Assembly: GCA_028727105.1 (NCBI GenBank)
Contig: JAQYOU010000022.1
Coordinates: 17,175 to 81,174, forward strand
Length of the DNA: 64,000 nucleotides
Origin: a bacterium
GTDB taxonomy: Bacteria; Bacillota; Clostridia; Lachnospirales; Lachnospiraceae
Reading direction: 5' to 3'
Both the position numbers and the translations under genes were made by a program. Shown here piece by piece: positions 9,548 to 19,350 of the stretch. Under the pieces are notes generated by a model. That model did not search any database. It worked only from the letters and a program-made list of their open reading frames with translations, and had not been told where the DNA came from. How positions within the stretch are numbered: the first letter of the stretch is position 1; each line of letters starts with the position of its first letter.

Positions 9548-10336
9548 ATGAATAACGTAAATAAGACATTGTATATTCCGCTGTATGGGAAAGCCTATGT
9601 GAGTAAAAAGGGAGTCATTCTCCATGATGAAAAAGCGGAAGAAATATGGGATGCAGAAGGATTTGAGCTAAAGGGAAAGGCAAGATCAAAGTGGCTTGCG
9701 TATTATATGGGAATGCGGTCAGCGGTATTTGATCAGTGGCTGAAAAAACAGATGGATCTTGACAGCACTGCTGTGATCGTCCACATCGGATGTGGAATGG
9801 ACAGCAGGGTTGTTCGGGTAGGAACCGGGAAGCATGCCTGGTATGATATCGATTTTCCGGATGTCATTCGTGAGAGAAAAAGATATTATGAGGAATCTGT
9901 CGAATATCATATGATCGAGTCCGATGCTAGAAACAATGACTGGATAAAGAATCTTCCAAAAAATAAAAACGCGATCATTGTTATGGAAGGTGTGAGTATG
10001 TATTTTCAGACAGAGGAGCTCACACGATTATTGAAGCATCTGGTCAGTCATTTTCAAAAGATAACTGTTTTGATGGATTGCTATACTGTTTTTGCTGCGA
10101 AAGCGTCAAAATATAAAAATCCGGTCAATGATGTTGGCGTTACAGTGTTGCATGGAATCGATGATCCGAAAATATTGGAAAAGGACACCGGTCTGGTATA
10201 CATAAGAGAGCATGATCTGACACCAGATGTAATGATCAATGAACTGAGTGGGATGGAAAGGGTGATATTTAAGAAGCTGTTTGCCGGGAAGTTTGCGAAG
10301 AAGATCTATCGGTTGTATGAGTATAAAAGCAGATAG
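9548..10336 (+). CDS. class I SAM-dependent methyltransferase (LCM/TcmP-like)
   Basis: TLYIPLYGKA, IGCGMDSR, WYDIDFPDV, MEGVSMY. Confidence 0.9.
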   Translation: MNNVNKTLYIPLYGKAYVSKKGVILHDEKAEEIWDAEGFELKGKARSKWLAYYMGMRSAVFDQWLKKQMDLDSTAVIVHIGCGMDSRVVRVGTGKHAWYDIDFPDVIRERKRYYEESVEYHMIESDARNNDWIKNLPKNKNAIIVMEGVSMYFQTEELTRLLKHLVSHFQKITVLMDCYTVFAAKASKYKNPVNDVGVTVLHGIDDPKILEKDTGLVYIREHDLTPDVMINELSGMERVIFKKLFAGKFAKKIYRLYEYKSR

Positions 10337-10409
10337 ATAACGAGAAGTGGTATGGGAAGTAAAAAATGTCTGGAATATATTTTAGTGGAACAGATTCTTT
10401 GAAAAAGTA

Positions 10410-10440
10410 TTGACTCCGACGTTACGTCATAGTTTATATT
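10410..10440 (+). promoter_or_regulatory. MerR-type (Mta/TipA) autoregulated promoter
   Basis: TTGACT-19-TATATT with dyad ACT..GACGT-T-ACGTC..AGT in the long spacer. Confidence 0.85.
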
Positions 10441-10467
10441 AAGATTACACGGAGGGAGGAAACGATC

Positions 10468-11196
10468 ATGATGACAGTAAATGAGGTAAGTAAATTGACC
10501 GGAGTGAGTATACGCGCTCTGCAATATTACGACAAGATCGGATTGCTGAAACCGACGGGTTACACGCAGTCCGGTTACAGGCTGTATGGCGATACGGCTC
10601 TGGAAACGCTGCAGCAGATCTTACTGTTTCGTGAACTGGAGTTTCCTTTGAAGGAAATCAAAGAGATCATTTCAAGTGCCGGTTTTGACAGAGAAAAAGC
10701 ATTGGAGCAGCAGATCACGCTGCTTACGATGAAGAAGGAGCATTTGGAGAATCTGATCAGCCTTGCCCGTGAAATACGATATAAAGGAGAACAAACAATG
10801 GATTTTTCAGCTTTTGATACAAGAAAAATTGAGGAGTACCGGGGACGTGCAAAGGAGCAGTGGGGAAATACTGCAGAATACAAGGAGTCTGAGGAAAAGG
10901 CAAAGGGTCGGACAAAGGAAGAGGAGAAAGATGTGATGGTACAGTTTATAAAGATCTTCACAGAGTTTGGTGCGATCAAGGATCAGGCAGCAGATGGTGC
11001 AGAGGTACAGTCAAAGGTAAAGAAGCTGCAGGATTATATCACGGAGAACTTTTATCAGTGTTCTGATGAGATCCTGTCCGGACTGGGACAGATGTACGCT
11101 GCCGATGGTGAATTCAAGGAAAACATTGATCGCGCCGGTGGCGAAGGAACAGCTGTTTTTGTGTCGGATGCGATTCGCTGTTTTTGCGGAAAATAA
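10468..11196 (+). CDS. MerR-family regulator with TipAS domain
   Basis: VSKLTGVSIRALQYYDKIGLL HTH; LGQMYAADGEF TipAS motif. Confidence 0.93.
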   Translation: MMTVNEVSKLTGVSIRALQYYDKIGLLKPTGYTQSGYRLYGDTALETLQQILLFRELEFPLKEIKEIISSAGFDREKALEQQITLLTMKKEHLENLISLAREIRYKGEQTMDFSAFDTRKIEEYRGRAKEQWGNTAEYKESEEKAKGRTKEEEKDVMVQFIKIFTEFGAIKDQAADGAEVQSKVKKLQDYITENFYQCSDEILSGLGQMYAADGEFKENIDRAGGEGTAVFVSDAIRCFCGK

Positions 11197-11221
11197 AATA
11201 GATCAAACAGAATTCAGAACA

Positions 11222-11259
11222 AAAAAGGGACGGAAAATTAAATTTTTCTGTCCCTTTCT
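11222..11259 (+). terminator. intrinsic terminator
   Basis: AAAGGGACGG...CTGTCCCTTT. Confidence 0.55.
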
Positions 11260-11393
11260 GTGTCTATATTACCACAAAATCGCAATTTTTTCAAGACTGC
11301 CAATCTTTGGATTTGTGTACTATAATCATATCCTCACATAAGAGAAAGATAGTGTTTTAGGTATTTTTACATGATCTGAAGGAGGGTGTATTT

Positions 11394-11957
11394 GTGGAAA
11401 AAAAATTTGCGCATTGCAATGGGGAAGATGCAGAGCAATCATTTCTGGAATTGTTTTCTGAGAAGAACCAGCTGCAGAAGGTGATGGAAACAAACATAAA
11501 GACTGAGCAGTTTGGATTGGAGCTTACACAGGAGGATGCGAAGCTTTTAGTGGAAGCCAGGGGGGAGGAATTGAGAAGACAAAAACGGGTGGAATTTGGA
11601 GAGGGGATCCTGTCGAAGATCATTTTTGCTTTTTGTGATTCTTCTTATATCACGCAGGATAATTATGTGGAGACATTGGCACGGCTGCAGGAGATCTTTT
11701 ATCTGTTCAAAAACGAGAGTATGGATCTGCTGACGGATGATGAACTGCTGGATTTTATGAGAGAGCAGTTTGAGCAGACCTGTTTTGGGGATTTGGATTA
11801 TCTGGAGAGTACTTGTCTTGAAAATTTCTCGCAGGCAGTTCGCGCGGGATACAGAGGTTATCAGAAAACGCAGGGGCGGGGGGAATACGAACAGTTTGAC
11901 GAAGTAACCAGATGGGACCGCGAGTTGTACACGGCGGCGCTCATGGATCTTTTCTGA
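11394..11957 (+). CDS. DUF6323-like protein
   Basis: RVEFGEGIL..IIFAFCDSSYI..LQEIFYLFKNE; GGAGG RBS. Confidence 0.75.
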   Translation: MEKKFAHCNGEDAEQSFLELFSEKNQLQKVMETNIKTEQFGLELTQEDAKLLVEARGEELRRQKRVEFGEGILSKIIFAFCDSSYITQDNYVETLARLQEIFYLFKNESMDLLTDDELLDFMREQFEQTCFGDLDYLESTCLENFSQAVRAGYRGYQKTQGRGEYEQFDEVTRWDRELYTAALMDLF

Positions 11958-12056
11958 TAGCGAAAGTTTGGACTCGTGAGAAAATAATTTTGACGATGCA
12001 GAAAAGAAGTGCGAAATGGAACGGTGAAGGTACTGAAAAGATGAATTGTATCTGGA

Positions 12057-12908
12057 ATGGAGAATAAAAAGATGAGCTTATTATATGAGATGGAAGAACT
12101 CGTACCATTGGTTGCTAAATTATCTGAAAAATATACTTCGAAAGAGAGTACGTCGGTGTCTTATGAAACAGCGCGACAGCTGATGGAGGCAGTCATGTAT
12201 TGCATCAAGGAATGTGCGTCCGGTCAGACACTTGTTAGCAGTCAGAGACTATCGGCTGCGGAGGCTTATCAATATGGGTATGAGGCTTTGACCCAGAAGG
12301 TGAAGCGGACACAGGCTGTTTATAATAAGATGATCGTGAATTTTTGTGGATACGGAAACCGGAATTATGAGGCGATGGTGGAAAAGGCGATTCCCGGATT
12401 TTTTCTCTATTATGATGCACAGTTCGCACCGCAGGAGACGATCATAACGATGGATTATCCGACGATCTGTTCAATCGGTGGAAAGAGTGGGATTGATGCG
12501 GTTGAGGCATATGTGAAATATATTTCCTATGAGCAGAAATTTATGGGCGCTTTTCAAAGACAGTATATATACGAAGTAATAGGGCGTGATCATGCCGACC
12601 ATAAAAACGGGTTTAGTAATATCTGTCGGGTGATTCTTCGGCACGTGCTCGGACATCTTTTGATCAAAAAAGGTTTTTTCGAAGAAGCCGGTAAACAGGA
12701 TTATGATAAATTGTGTAACCTGGTTATCAGTAGTTCGGGGCAGCAGCTGCGGGAAGTTTTGACAAGTTTGCTGGAACAGTTGATCGTTGAAAAATATCAT
12801 GCGGATATGGGTATGAGAGATTATCTCGCGTGCGATCTTGATGATCTTGTTGTGGAGATGCAAAATGCGGCGGAACATGATGTGATGCAGCAGGTGATCG
12901 TATTGTAG
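12057..12908 (+). CDS. DUF6179-like protein
   Basis: KYTSKESTSVSYETARQLM and YDAQFAPQETIITMDYP motifs; pairs with the upstream gene. Confidence 0.75.
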   Translation: MENKKMSLLYEMEELVPLVAKLSEKYTSKESTSVSYETARQLMEAVMYCIKECASGQTLVSSQRLSAAEAYQYGYEALTQKVKRTQAVYNKMIVNFCGYGNRNYEAMVEKAIPGFFLYYDAQFAPQETIITMDYPTICSIGGKSGIDAVEAYVKYISYEQKFMGAFQRQYIYEVIGRDHADHKNGFSNICRVILRHVLGHLLIKKGFFEEAGKQDYDKLCNLVISSSGQQLREVLTSLLEQLIVEKYHADMGMRDYLACDLDDLVVEMQNAAEHDVMQQVIVL

Positions 12909-12990
12909 AAATGAAAAGAATTTCGTATAATATGTATATTCTATCAATTTGCGATTTTGATTGGGGAGAACCAAGAGGAAAGGAGTTTTT

Positions 12991-13485
12991 ATGAACATAC
13001 GTCATGCAACGGAAGCAGATGTTCCGTCAATGATGAAGATCTATGAGTACGCCATAGTGTTTATGGCGGAACACGGAAATCCGAATCAGTGGGGAGCGCG
13101 AAATTGGCCGCCGGAATCATTGATCCGTCAGGATATTGCTTCCGGAAAGAGTTATGTGTGTACACATGAGGATCAGGTTGTGGGTACATTTTTCTATGAT
13201 TTTGGTGAAGATATCGAGCCGACGTATCGTGTGATCGAGGATGGTGCGTGGATCGGAGACGATACTTATGGCGTGGTGCATCGGATCGCCGGGAACGGAT
13301 CGGTGAAGGGCATTGGAGCGTATTGTCTGGAATGGGCATTCGATCAGTGTGGGCATCTGCGTATAGATACACACGGGGATAATCGCGTCATGCAGAGCCT
13401 GCTCAAAAAATGTGGATTTACGCATTGTGGCACGATCTATGTGGTTGAGGATGATGATCCGAGACTTGCATATGAAAAAATGTAA
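12991..13485 (+). CDS. GNAT family N-acetyltransferase
   Basis: GNPNQW, YGVVHRIA, LRIDTHGDNRVMQ..GFTHCG; AAGGAG RBS. Confidence 0.9.
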   Translation: MNIRHATEADVPSMMKIYEYAIVFMAEHGNPNQWGARNWPPESLIRQDIASGKSYVCTHEDQVVGTFFYDFGEDIEPTYRVIEDGAWIGDDTYGVVHRIAGNGSVKGIGAYCLEWAFDQCGHLRIDTHGDNRVMQSLLKKCGFTHCGTIYVVEDDDPRLAYEKM

Positions 13486-13588
13486 TATGAGATATGTGAA
13501 ACATTAGCGACTGGGCTTATAAGAATCATGATCCGGATGGATGAAAGGAAACTTCATGTGTGAAAGAATCTAGGAGAGGTGGAAGGCA

Positions 13589-14401
13589 ATGAAAGCGACT
13601 GTTGTTGTAGATAATATCAAAAATAATGAGATACCCGGTGAATGGGGACTTTGTATTTCTATTGAGTATGCGAATAAGAAAATATTACTTGATACAGGTG
13701 CGTCCACACTTTTTTCAGAAAATGCCGAAAAACTAGGTATTTCATTAAAAGACGTAGATGCGGCGGTTTTATCCCATGCTCATTATGACCATGCAAATGG
13801 TATGGAAGAGTTTTTCAAGATCAACAACAAAGCAAAGTTTTATCTGAGGGATGGTTGTGCGGAGAATTGTTATGGGAGAAAATGGATCTTCAGCAAATAT
13901 ATCGGTCTGCCGAAGGGAATCCTGAAAAAATATAGCGATAGGATTGAGTTTGCATCGGGGGATGTGCAGATTTCCAAAGGAATCTGGCTGATCGGACATA
14001 AGACAGCCCATCTGGATCTGATCGGAAAGCAAGAGAACATGTATCAGAAGCGGAACCACAGATGGTATCCGGATGATTTTTCCCATGAACAAAGTCTTGT
14101 TTTTGACACGGAACGGGGACTGGTTGTATTTAACAGTTGCTCTCACGGTGGTGCGTCGAACATCATCCGCGAGGTGGCTCAGACGTTTCCTGATAAAAAG
14201 GTATATGCCCTGATCGGCGGATTCCATGTGTTTAATAAAACAGAAGATGAAGTACGTGAACTTGCAAAAAAGATTAAAGAAACCGGAATCCGGTATGTAT
14301 GTACCGGACATTGTACGGGAAAGCATGCCTATGGATTATTAAAGGAAGAATTGGGAGACATGCTTCATCAGTTAAAGGTTGGGCTGCAGATGGAGTTTTA
14401 G
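13589..14401 (+). CDS. MBL-fold metallo-hydrolase
   Basis: LDTG, SHAHYDH, CSH, GGFH and TGHCTG metal motifs. Confidence 0.92.
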   Translation: MKATVVVDNIKNNEIPGEWGLCISIEYANKKILLDTGASTLFSENAEKLGISLKDVDAAVLSHAHYDHANGMEEFFKINNKAKFYLRDGCAENCYGRKWIFSKYIGLPKGILKKYSDRIEFASGDVQISKGIWLIGHKTAHLDLIGKQENMYQKRNHRWYPDDFSHEQSLVFDTERGLVVFNSCSHGGASNIIREVAQTFPDKKVYALIGGFHVFNKTEDEVRELAKKIKETGIRYVCTGHCTGKHAYGLLKEELGDMLHQLKVGLQMEF

Positions 14402-15471
14402 ACTGCCTCCATCTGCGCTCTGCAATTGGTCAGACATGTGAGAAGGATTGGAGAAAAAATGCCGCATTCACCGTTGATGATCATGCGGAATGCGCGGTCC
14501 TTTGGAATGGCTGATTTGTAGACACGTTCGTTGACAAGCGCATCATAGACATCTGCAACGGAGACAATCTGCGCATGGATGGGGATCTCATCTCCTTTTA
14601 GTCCGTCCGGATAACCGTTTCCATCGTAGCGTTCATGGTGATAACGGCAGATTTCCATGCTGATCTGTGCATATTCTTTGCTCCATATATCTTTGATATT
14701 TTCAAGGATCTCACAACCGCTGATGGTGTGGGATTTGACATATTCGTATTCCTCATCAGTAAGCTTTCCGGGCTTCAAAAGAATGGTATCCGGAATTGCT
14801 ATCTTTCCGATGTCATGAAGTGGGCTGGCGGATACGATCAGAGATATTTTTTCCGGTGTCAGACCGAAGGAGGGATCTTCTTTGATCAGTTCTTCCGCAA
14901 GGATCCGGGTATATATTTTTACCCGTTGAATATGCTCCCCGCTTTCAAGGTTACGGTATTCTGCCATGGTACCCAGAAGATCTGTGATACGCAGGTTACT
15001 CTTTTGAAGAAAATCCGCCTGTATCTTTAGCATCTGGTTTTGCAGGCGAAGTTTTTCTGTCTGCTGGTTGATCTTGTTTTCCAGCTCATTCTGGTATTGA
15101 AAAAGCTTTACGATATTGCTGACTTTTAGTCGAATCAGGGCGTCGTCAAAGGGCTGGTTGATGCATTCGGATACGCCGAATGCGAACAGCTCCTTTTCCA
15201 TTTTTATGGCAGCAGAATCGCAGACGACAAGAATGGGGATGTTTTTGTTCCACGAATTTTCCTGCATGGCTTTCAGAAGTTGATAGCCATCCTCTTCGGA
15301 GGTGAGCATATCGATCAGAACTGCTGCCAGTTCATTTTCTGATTCTTTTAAGCGGATAAAGGATTCTGCAGCATTTTTTGTTTCTATGATCACATAATCA
15401 GAGCATAGGATATTGCCAAGTGTTGAGCGGTTCAGGTCATTTGTGTCCAGGATCATAATTTTATCACGCAT
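14398..15471 (-). CDS. REC + HD-GYP (RpfG-like) c-di-GMP phosphodiesterase
   Basis: LHDIGKI and HHERYDGNGYPDGL motifs; degenerate N-terminal receiver. Confidence 0.92.
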   Translation of the reverse strand: MRDKIMILDTNDLNRSTLGNILCSDYVIIETKNAAESFIRLKESENELAAVLIDMLTSEEDGYQLLKAMQENSWNKNIPILVVCDSAAIKMEKELFAFGVSECINQPFDDALIRLKVSNIVKLFQYQNELENKINQQTEKLRLQNQMLKIQADFLQKSNLRITDLLGTMAEYRNLESGEHIQRVKIYTRILAEELIKEDPSFGLTPEKISLIVSASPLHDIGKIAIPDTILLKPGKLTDEEYEYVKSHTISGCEILENIKDIWSKEYAQISMEICRYHHERYDGNGYPDGLKGDEIPIHAQIVSVADVYDALVNERVYKSAIPKDRAFRMIINGECGIFSPILLTCLTNCRAQMEAV

Positions 15472-15488
15472 GGAGAATTCCTCCTTAC

Positions 15489-17525
15489 TTATGTTATTTT
15501 TTCCATGATCAGACGGTTGTTGTTGATCAGGATCGCGGTTTTCTTTGATGGAACAGCAGTTATCTTTCGGCTCATGTACTGAACATCGACATTATCATAA
15601 ATTTGATGCTCCACGATGATTTTGGATGTGCATGCCCGTTTTTCTCTTTTTTGTATATGTTCTTCTTTTATATGGGCGGCTTCAAGCTCCTGATTTTTGA
15701 TGTAAACGGCATCCTTAACTTTTAGAAGAAGATCGTTGTGCTTTGCCAGCTGCTCCGGATGTTTTTTACAGGCTTCTTCGTAAGCAGTTGTCAGTTGGCT
15801 GATGGATGCCTTTATTTTTGATATTTCTTTCTCCAGGATCATTTTTTCAAGACGGATATCCTCGTTTGTACCCAGCAAAAGCGTTGTTTTGGCACCGACT
15901 GCATTTCCGATATTTGACACGCAAAATCCTTTTTCCGCATAGCAGGATCCACCGATGATCCCTCCCTTTTTTCCATAAGAAATGATCTCTCCATAAGAGG
16001 AAAGGCTGGAGTTCAGACTGGAACCAAATGAAATATTTCCGTCTGCGTGCAAGTTCACATATTCAAAAAATTTACTGATCACCCGTTTGTTTACCGTTGA
16101 TGTGTTAGGAACGGCAAAAGCATTGATACCGCTTTTCAGAATCAGGTTTGCTCCGCAATGTATTTCTGCGTCGTTTACAAAACCATCAATGAGCAGATCG
16201 CCGGTTGTGCAGATCGTTACCGGACCGGTTACATTTCCTTTGATATGAACATCACTCTGAAAAGAAAGCGGTTCATCGGAGGGTGTGACTTGATCCAAGG
16301 TTACCAGATCGGAAACGGTCATTTCATATTTATGAAGCCGGACATGACCATTTCGTGATGCAATATAGGTTTTTTGGTCGGGTAAAAGTTCAAAACCGCT
16401 GCCAGTTAAAATGGGTTCTTCTTTTCCTTTAATAGCAGGAACGGTCTGGCCGGTGACTGTTTTACCGTCCAGTGCCTTTGTGGGCGGATGATAAAGTGCA
16501 AGGATCTGGCCTTTTGTTACCGTTTCAAACCACGTAAAATGATCAAAATTGATGCTGCCATCCTCGTGGAATTCCGGTATATAACATTTTTTGGTCTGAA
16601 ACTGAAAGACATAATAGCCATCGTGGCCATCTACCGGAAGCGTGCCATGGGCGATGAGTGTATTTTGATCTTTTGGGGTGTCGTTATTGATTGTTTGATA
16701 GGTTCGAGCAATAGATGTGAGTGCGTTGTAATCAATACCGTAGATAATGCCGTTTTTTCGTAGGAGATATTCCAGTTCCGCCGAGTTCATCAGCGGGCGG
16801 TTGCCATGCCAGTTGAAATAAGCCTGCATCCCATCCTGACTGATGCTTATTTCATAATCATCGGCACAAATGACGCTCATGTCATCCGAAGCCAAATGGT
16901 TTTTTTGATGATTCATCAGCCAGAGTCTTCGCTTGTTCATCTCTTTTGCCGTGTACATCAGGCTCCTATAGTAACTGACATCAAGACCTTCAACCAGTCC
17001 CAGCCGGATCTCATGCATTTGCCAATAGGAATAGAGTGGGTTCGCGTAATTTGAAATATCCAGGCGCTGTTCAATACCGAGCCGTATCTCTTTCATTTTT
17101 CTCCAGGTATAATCAGGTTTTGCATAAGGTGTCACGTCAATACGATGTTCCAGCCCAATTGCGATCTGATGGATGCAGGCGCCGTGATAGGAAATGTTCA
17201 GGTAAGGTGTAATATTGACCTTTTTTTCCAATGCATGCCGAATGGCTAAAAGCTGGTCGCTGTCATATCCTTCTTCTATATATCTGACCAAAGAAATCCC
17301 TGATTTCGCGGCTTTTCGAAGCTCATGCAACACACCTACTCCATAAGGGATATAGGGTGTCAGATCATTGCCATACTCCAGCGCTTTGCGGAGCTGATGC
17401 ATGATATTATAAGGAAGCTCCGGTTTTGCGTAAACGGATACATCGATATTTTTTTCTAATCCCTTGCGAATTTCTTCCTGTTGAAAATAATCGTAATTTT
17501 CAAGATTCATGTAATCATCTATCAT
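15489..17525 (-). CDS. FapA (DUF342) family protein with N-terminal ~25-aa repeats
   Basis: IAHGTLPVDGHDG, DGKTVTG and IIGGSCYA..IG motifs; repeats of QMxEIRxGLExxLDVSxYA. Confidence 0.88.
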   Translation of the reverse strand: MIDDYMNLENYDYFQQEEIRKGLEKNIDVSVYAKPELPYNIMHQLRKALEYGNDLTPYIPYGVGVLHELRKAAKSGISLVRYIEEGYDSDQLLAIRHALEKKVNITPYLNISYHGACIHQIAIGLEHRIDVTPYAKPDYTWRKMKEIRLGIEQRLDISNYANPLYSYWQMHEIRLGLVEGLDVSYYRSLMYTAKEMNKRRLWLMNHQKNHLASDDMSVICADDYEISISQDGMQAYFNWHGNRPLMNSAELEYLLRKNGIIYGIDYNALTSIARTYQTINNDTPKDQNTLIAHGTLPVDGHDGYYVFQFQTKKCYIPEFHEDGSINFDHFTWFETVTKGQILALYHPPTKALDGKTVTGQTVPAIKGKEEPILTGSGFELLPDQKTYIASRNGHVRLHKYEMTVSDLVTLDQVTPSDEPLSFQSDVHIKGNVTGPVTICTTGDLLIDGFVNDAEIHCGANLILKSGINAFAVPNTSTVNKRVISKFFEYVNLHADGNISFGSSLNSSLSSYGEIISYGKKGGIIGGSCYAEKGFCVSNIGNAVGAKTTLLLGTNEDIRLEKMILEKEISKIKASISQLTTAYEEACKKHPEQLAKHNDLLLKVKDAVYIKNQELEAAHIKEEHIQKREKRACTSKIIVEHQIYDNVDVQYMSRKITAVPSKKTAILINNNRLIMEKIT

Positions 17526-17560
17526 AGGTACACCTCCTCGCTGTATAAAACGGTGCGGAG

Positions 17561-17638
17561 AAAATAAAAAGCGAAGATATCCCTAAGGGAAACATCTTCG
17601 TTTTCAACAATATTAAGGGGAAATGTCTGATTTGTCAA
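17561..17638 (-). promoter_or_regulatory. sigma-A promoter with terminator-like leader hairpin
   Basis: TTGACA-17-TAATAT, then CGAAGAT..CCC-TTA-GGG..ATCTTCG and TTTTTATTTT before the GGAGG RBS. Confidence 0.55.
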
Positions 17639-17797
17639 GTTTTAACCATAAGTTATTTTTGTTACGTGGAATCGGTGTTCACACTGGAGGATCTCTATAA
17701 AATATAGCTTGATTAATGGATAAAATAGGTTTATAATAAAAACAGTAATAATTCCTATTTTATATTGGTGTGGGGCACCGGAAAGAGAGGGTATTTT

Positions 17798-19207
17798 ATG
17801 AGCAAATTTGTATGTACGGTTTGTGGTTATGTGTATGAGGGAGAGACGGCACCGGAGGAGTGTCCGGTCTGCCATCAGCCGGGATCAAAGTTTCGGGAGG
17901 AAGTAGAAAAAGCTGTAGGTCCGGAAGGAGAAGCCGGAGAAAAGGCAGATGCTCCGGCTGGGAGAGCAGCGGCCGTGGAATCCGATCTGAGCTATGATAA
18001 GACTTATTATCGTGTGGATGAATCCTGCCGTTATATGGAGGAGATCCATCAGATGGCAGTGAGCGGAAAGACGATCGGAGGGTCCATGGGGACAAAGATG
18101 CCGATGCCGAACTGGGATGATATTTTACTTCTCGGCGCCCAGCTGAATCCGCCTCCGCTGGATGACGATGCACCTGTTACGACCATGACGATCATCGGGA
18201 AGCATGCAAAACATCCGATGATCCTGGAAAATCCGGTATATATTTCACACATGTCTTTTGGCGCACTTTCAAAAGAAATCAAGGTAGCCCTCGCAAAGGG
18301 TTCTGCAATGGCAAAGACAGCGATGTGCAGTGGCGAGGGCGGCATTTTACCGGAGGAGCGGGAAGCTTCCTACAAATATATTTTTGAGTATATTCCGAAT
18401 AAATATAGCGTGACGGATGAGAATCTGCGGTCAGCGGATGCGATCGAGATCAAGATCGGTCAGGGAACGAAGCCCGGCATGGGCGGACATCTGCCCGGAG
18501 AAAAAGTAACGCCGGAGATTGCGGCCTTGCGTGGGAAAAAGCCCGGTGAGGATGTACAGAGTCCCAGCAAATTTCCGGAGTTAAATTCCAAAGAGGATTT
18601 AAAAGATATGGTAACCATGCTTCGGAATCGTTCCGATGGAAGACCCATCGGTATTAAGATCGCAGCGGGGCGGATCGAGCGTGATCTGGAATTCTGTGTT
18701 TATGCGGAACCTGATTTTATCACGATCGACGGCAGAGGCGGTGCGACCGGTTCCAGTCCGCTGTTTTTGCGGGAGGCGACAACTGTTCCGACAGTGTATG
18801 CCTTGTATCGGGCCAGAAAGTACTTAGATTCGATCCATTCCGATATTTCTCTGGTCATCACCGGTGGTTTGCGCGTATCCGCCGATGTGGCAAAAGCGCT
18901 GGCGATGGGTGCGGACGCAGTGGCTGTGGCGAGTGCGGCATTGATCGCAGCGGCTTGTCAGCAGTACCGGATCTGCGGTTCCGGAAACTGTCCGGTTGGA
19001 ATTGCTACGCAGGATCCGAAGCTGCGCGAGCGTCTAAAGGTAGATCAGTCTGCGCAGAGAGTGGCAAATTATCTGAATGTAACATTGGCAGAGCTTAAGA
19101 GCTTTGCGCGGATCACCGGACATTCTTCGGTACATGATCTAAGTGTGGATGATCTGGTGACGATTAATCGGGAGATTTCCGAATATACAAATATTCGTCA
19201 TGCATAG
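17798..19207 (+). CDS. rubredoxin-like domain + FMN-binding glutamate synthase family protein
   Basis: CTVCGY..CPVC; MSFGALS, SGEGG, EIKIGQGTKPGMGGHLP and CxxxxxCxxxxCPVGIATQD. Confidence 0.92.
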   Translation: MSKFVCTVCGYVYEGETAPEECPVCHQPGSKFREEVEKAVGPEGEAGEKADAPAGRAAAVESDLSYDKTYYRVDESCRYMEEIHQMAVSGKTIGGSMGTKMPMPNWDDILLLGAQLNPPPLDDDAPVTTMTIIGKHAKHPMILENPVYISHMSFGALSKEIKVALAKGSAMAKTAMCSGEGGILPEEREASYKYIFEYIPNKYSVTDENLRSADAIEIKIGQGTKPGMGGHLPGEKVTPEIAALRGKKPGEDVQSPSKFPELNSKEDLKDMVTMLRNRSDGRPIGIKIAAGRIERDLEFCVYAEPDFITIDGRGGATGSSPLFLREATTVPTVYALYRARKYLDSIHSDISLVITGGLRVSADVAKALAMGADAVAVASAALIAAACQQYRICGSGNCPVGIATQDPKLRERLKVDQSAQRVANYLNVTLAELKSFARITGHSSVHDLSVDDLVTINREISEYTNIRHA

Positions 19208-19350
19208 TATGAAACATATCAGCGGAGTTTGCGTAAAAACGTGGACTCCGCTTTCATGTTTTTGGTTGTAGTAGATAGGAAGATGTGCTATATTGATAGT
19301 ATCTGAAGCCAAATTTTGGCATAGGAGAAACAGGCACATGGAGGGTATTT

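Noticed and set aside
7013-14400. Island integrated at tRNA-Arg
   Set aside because: No integrase or duplicated tRNA 3' end found
17526-17700. c-di-GMP riboswitch upstream of fapA/HD-GYP
   Set aside because: No GGCAAA/GACGCAAA-type aptamer core seen, and the leader is too short
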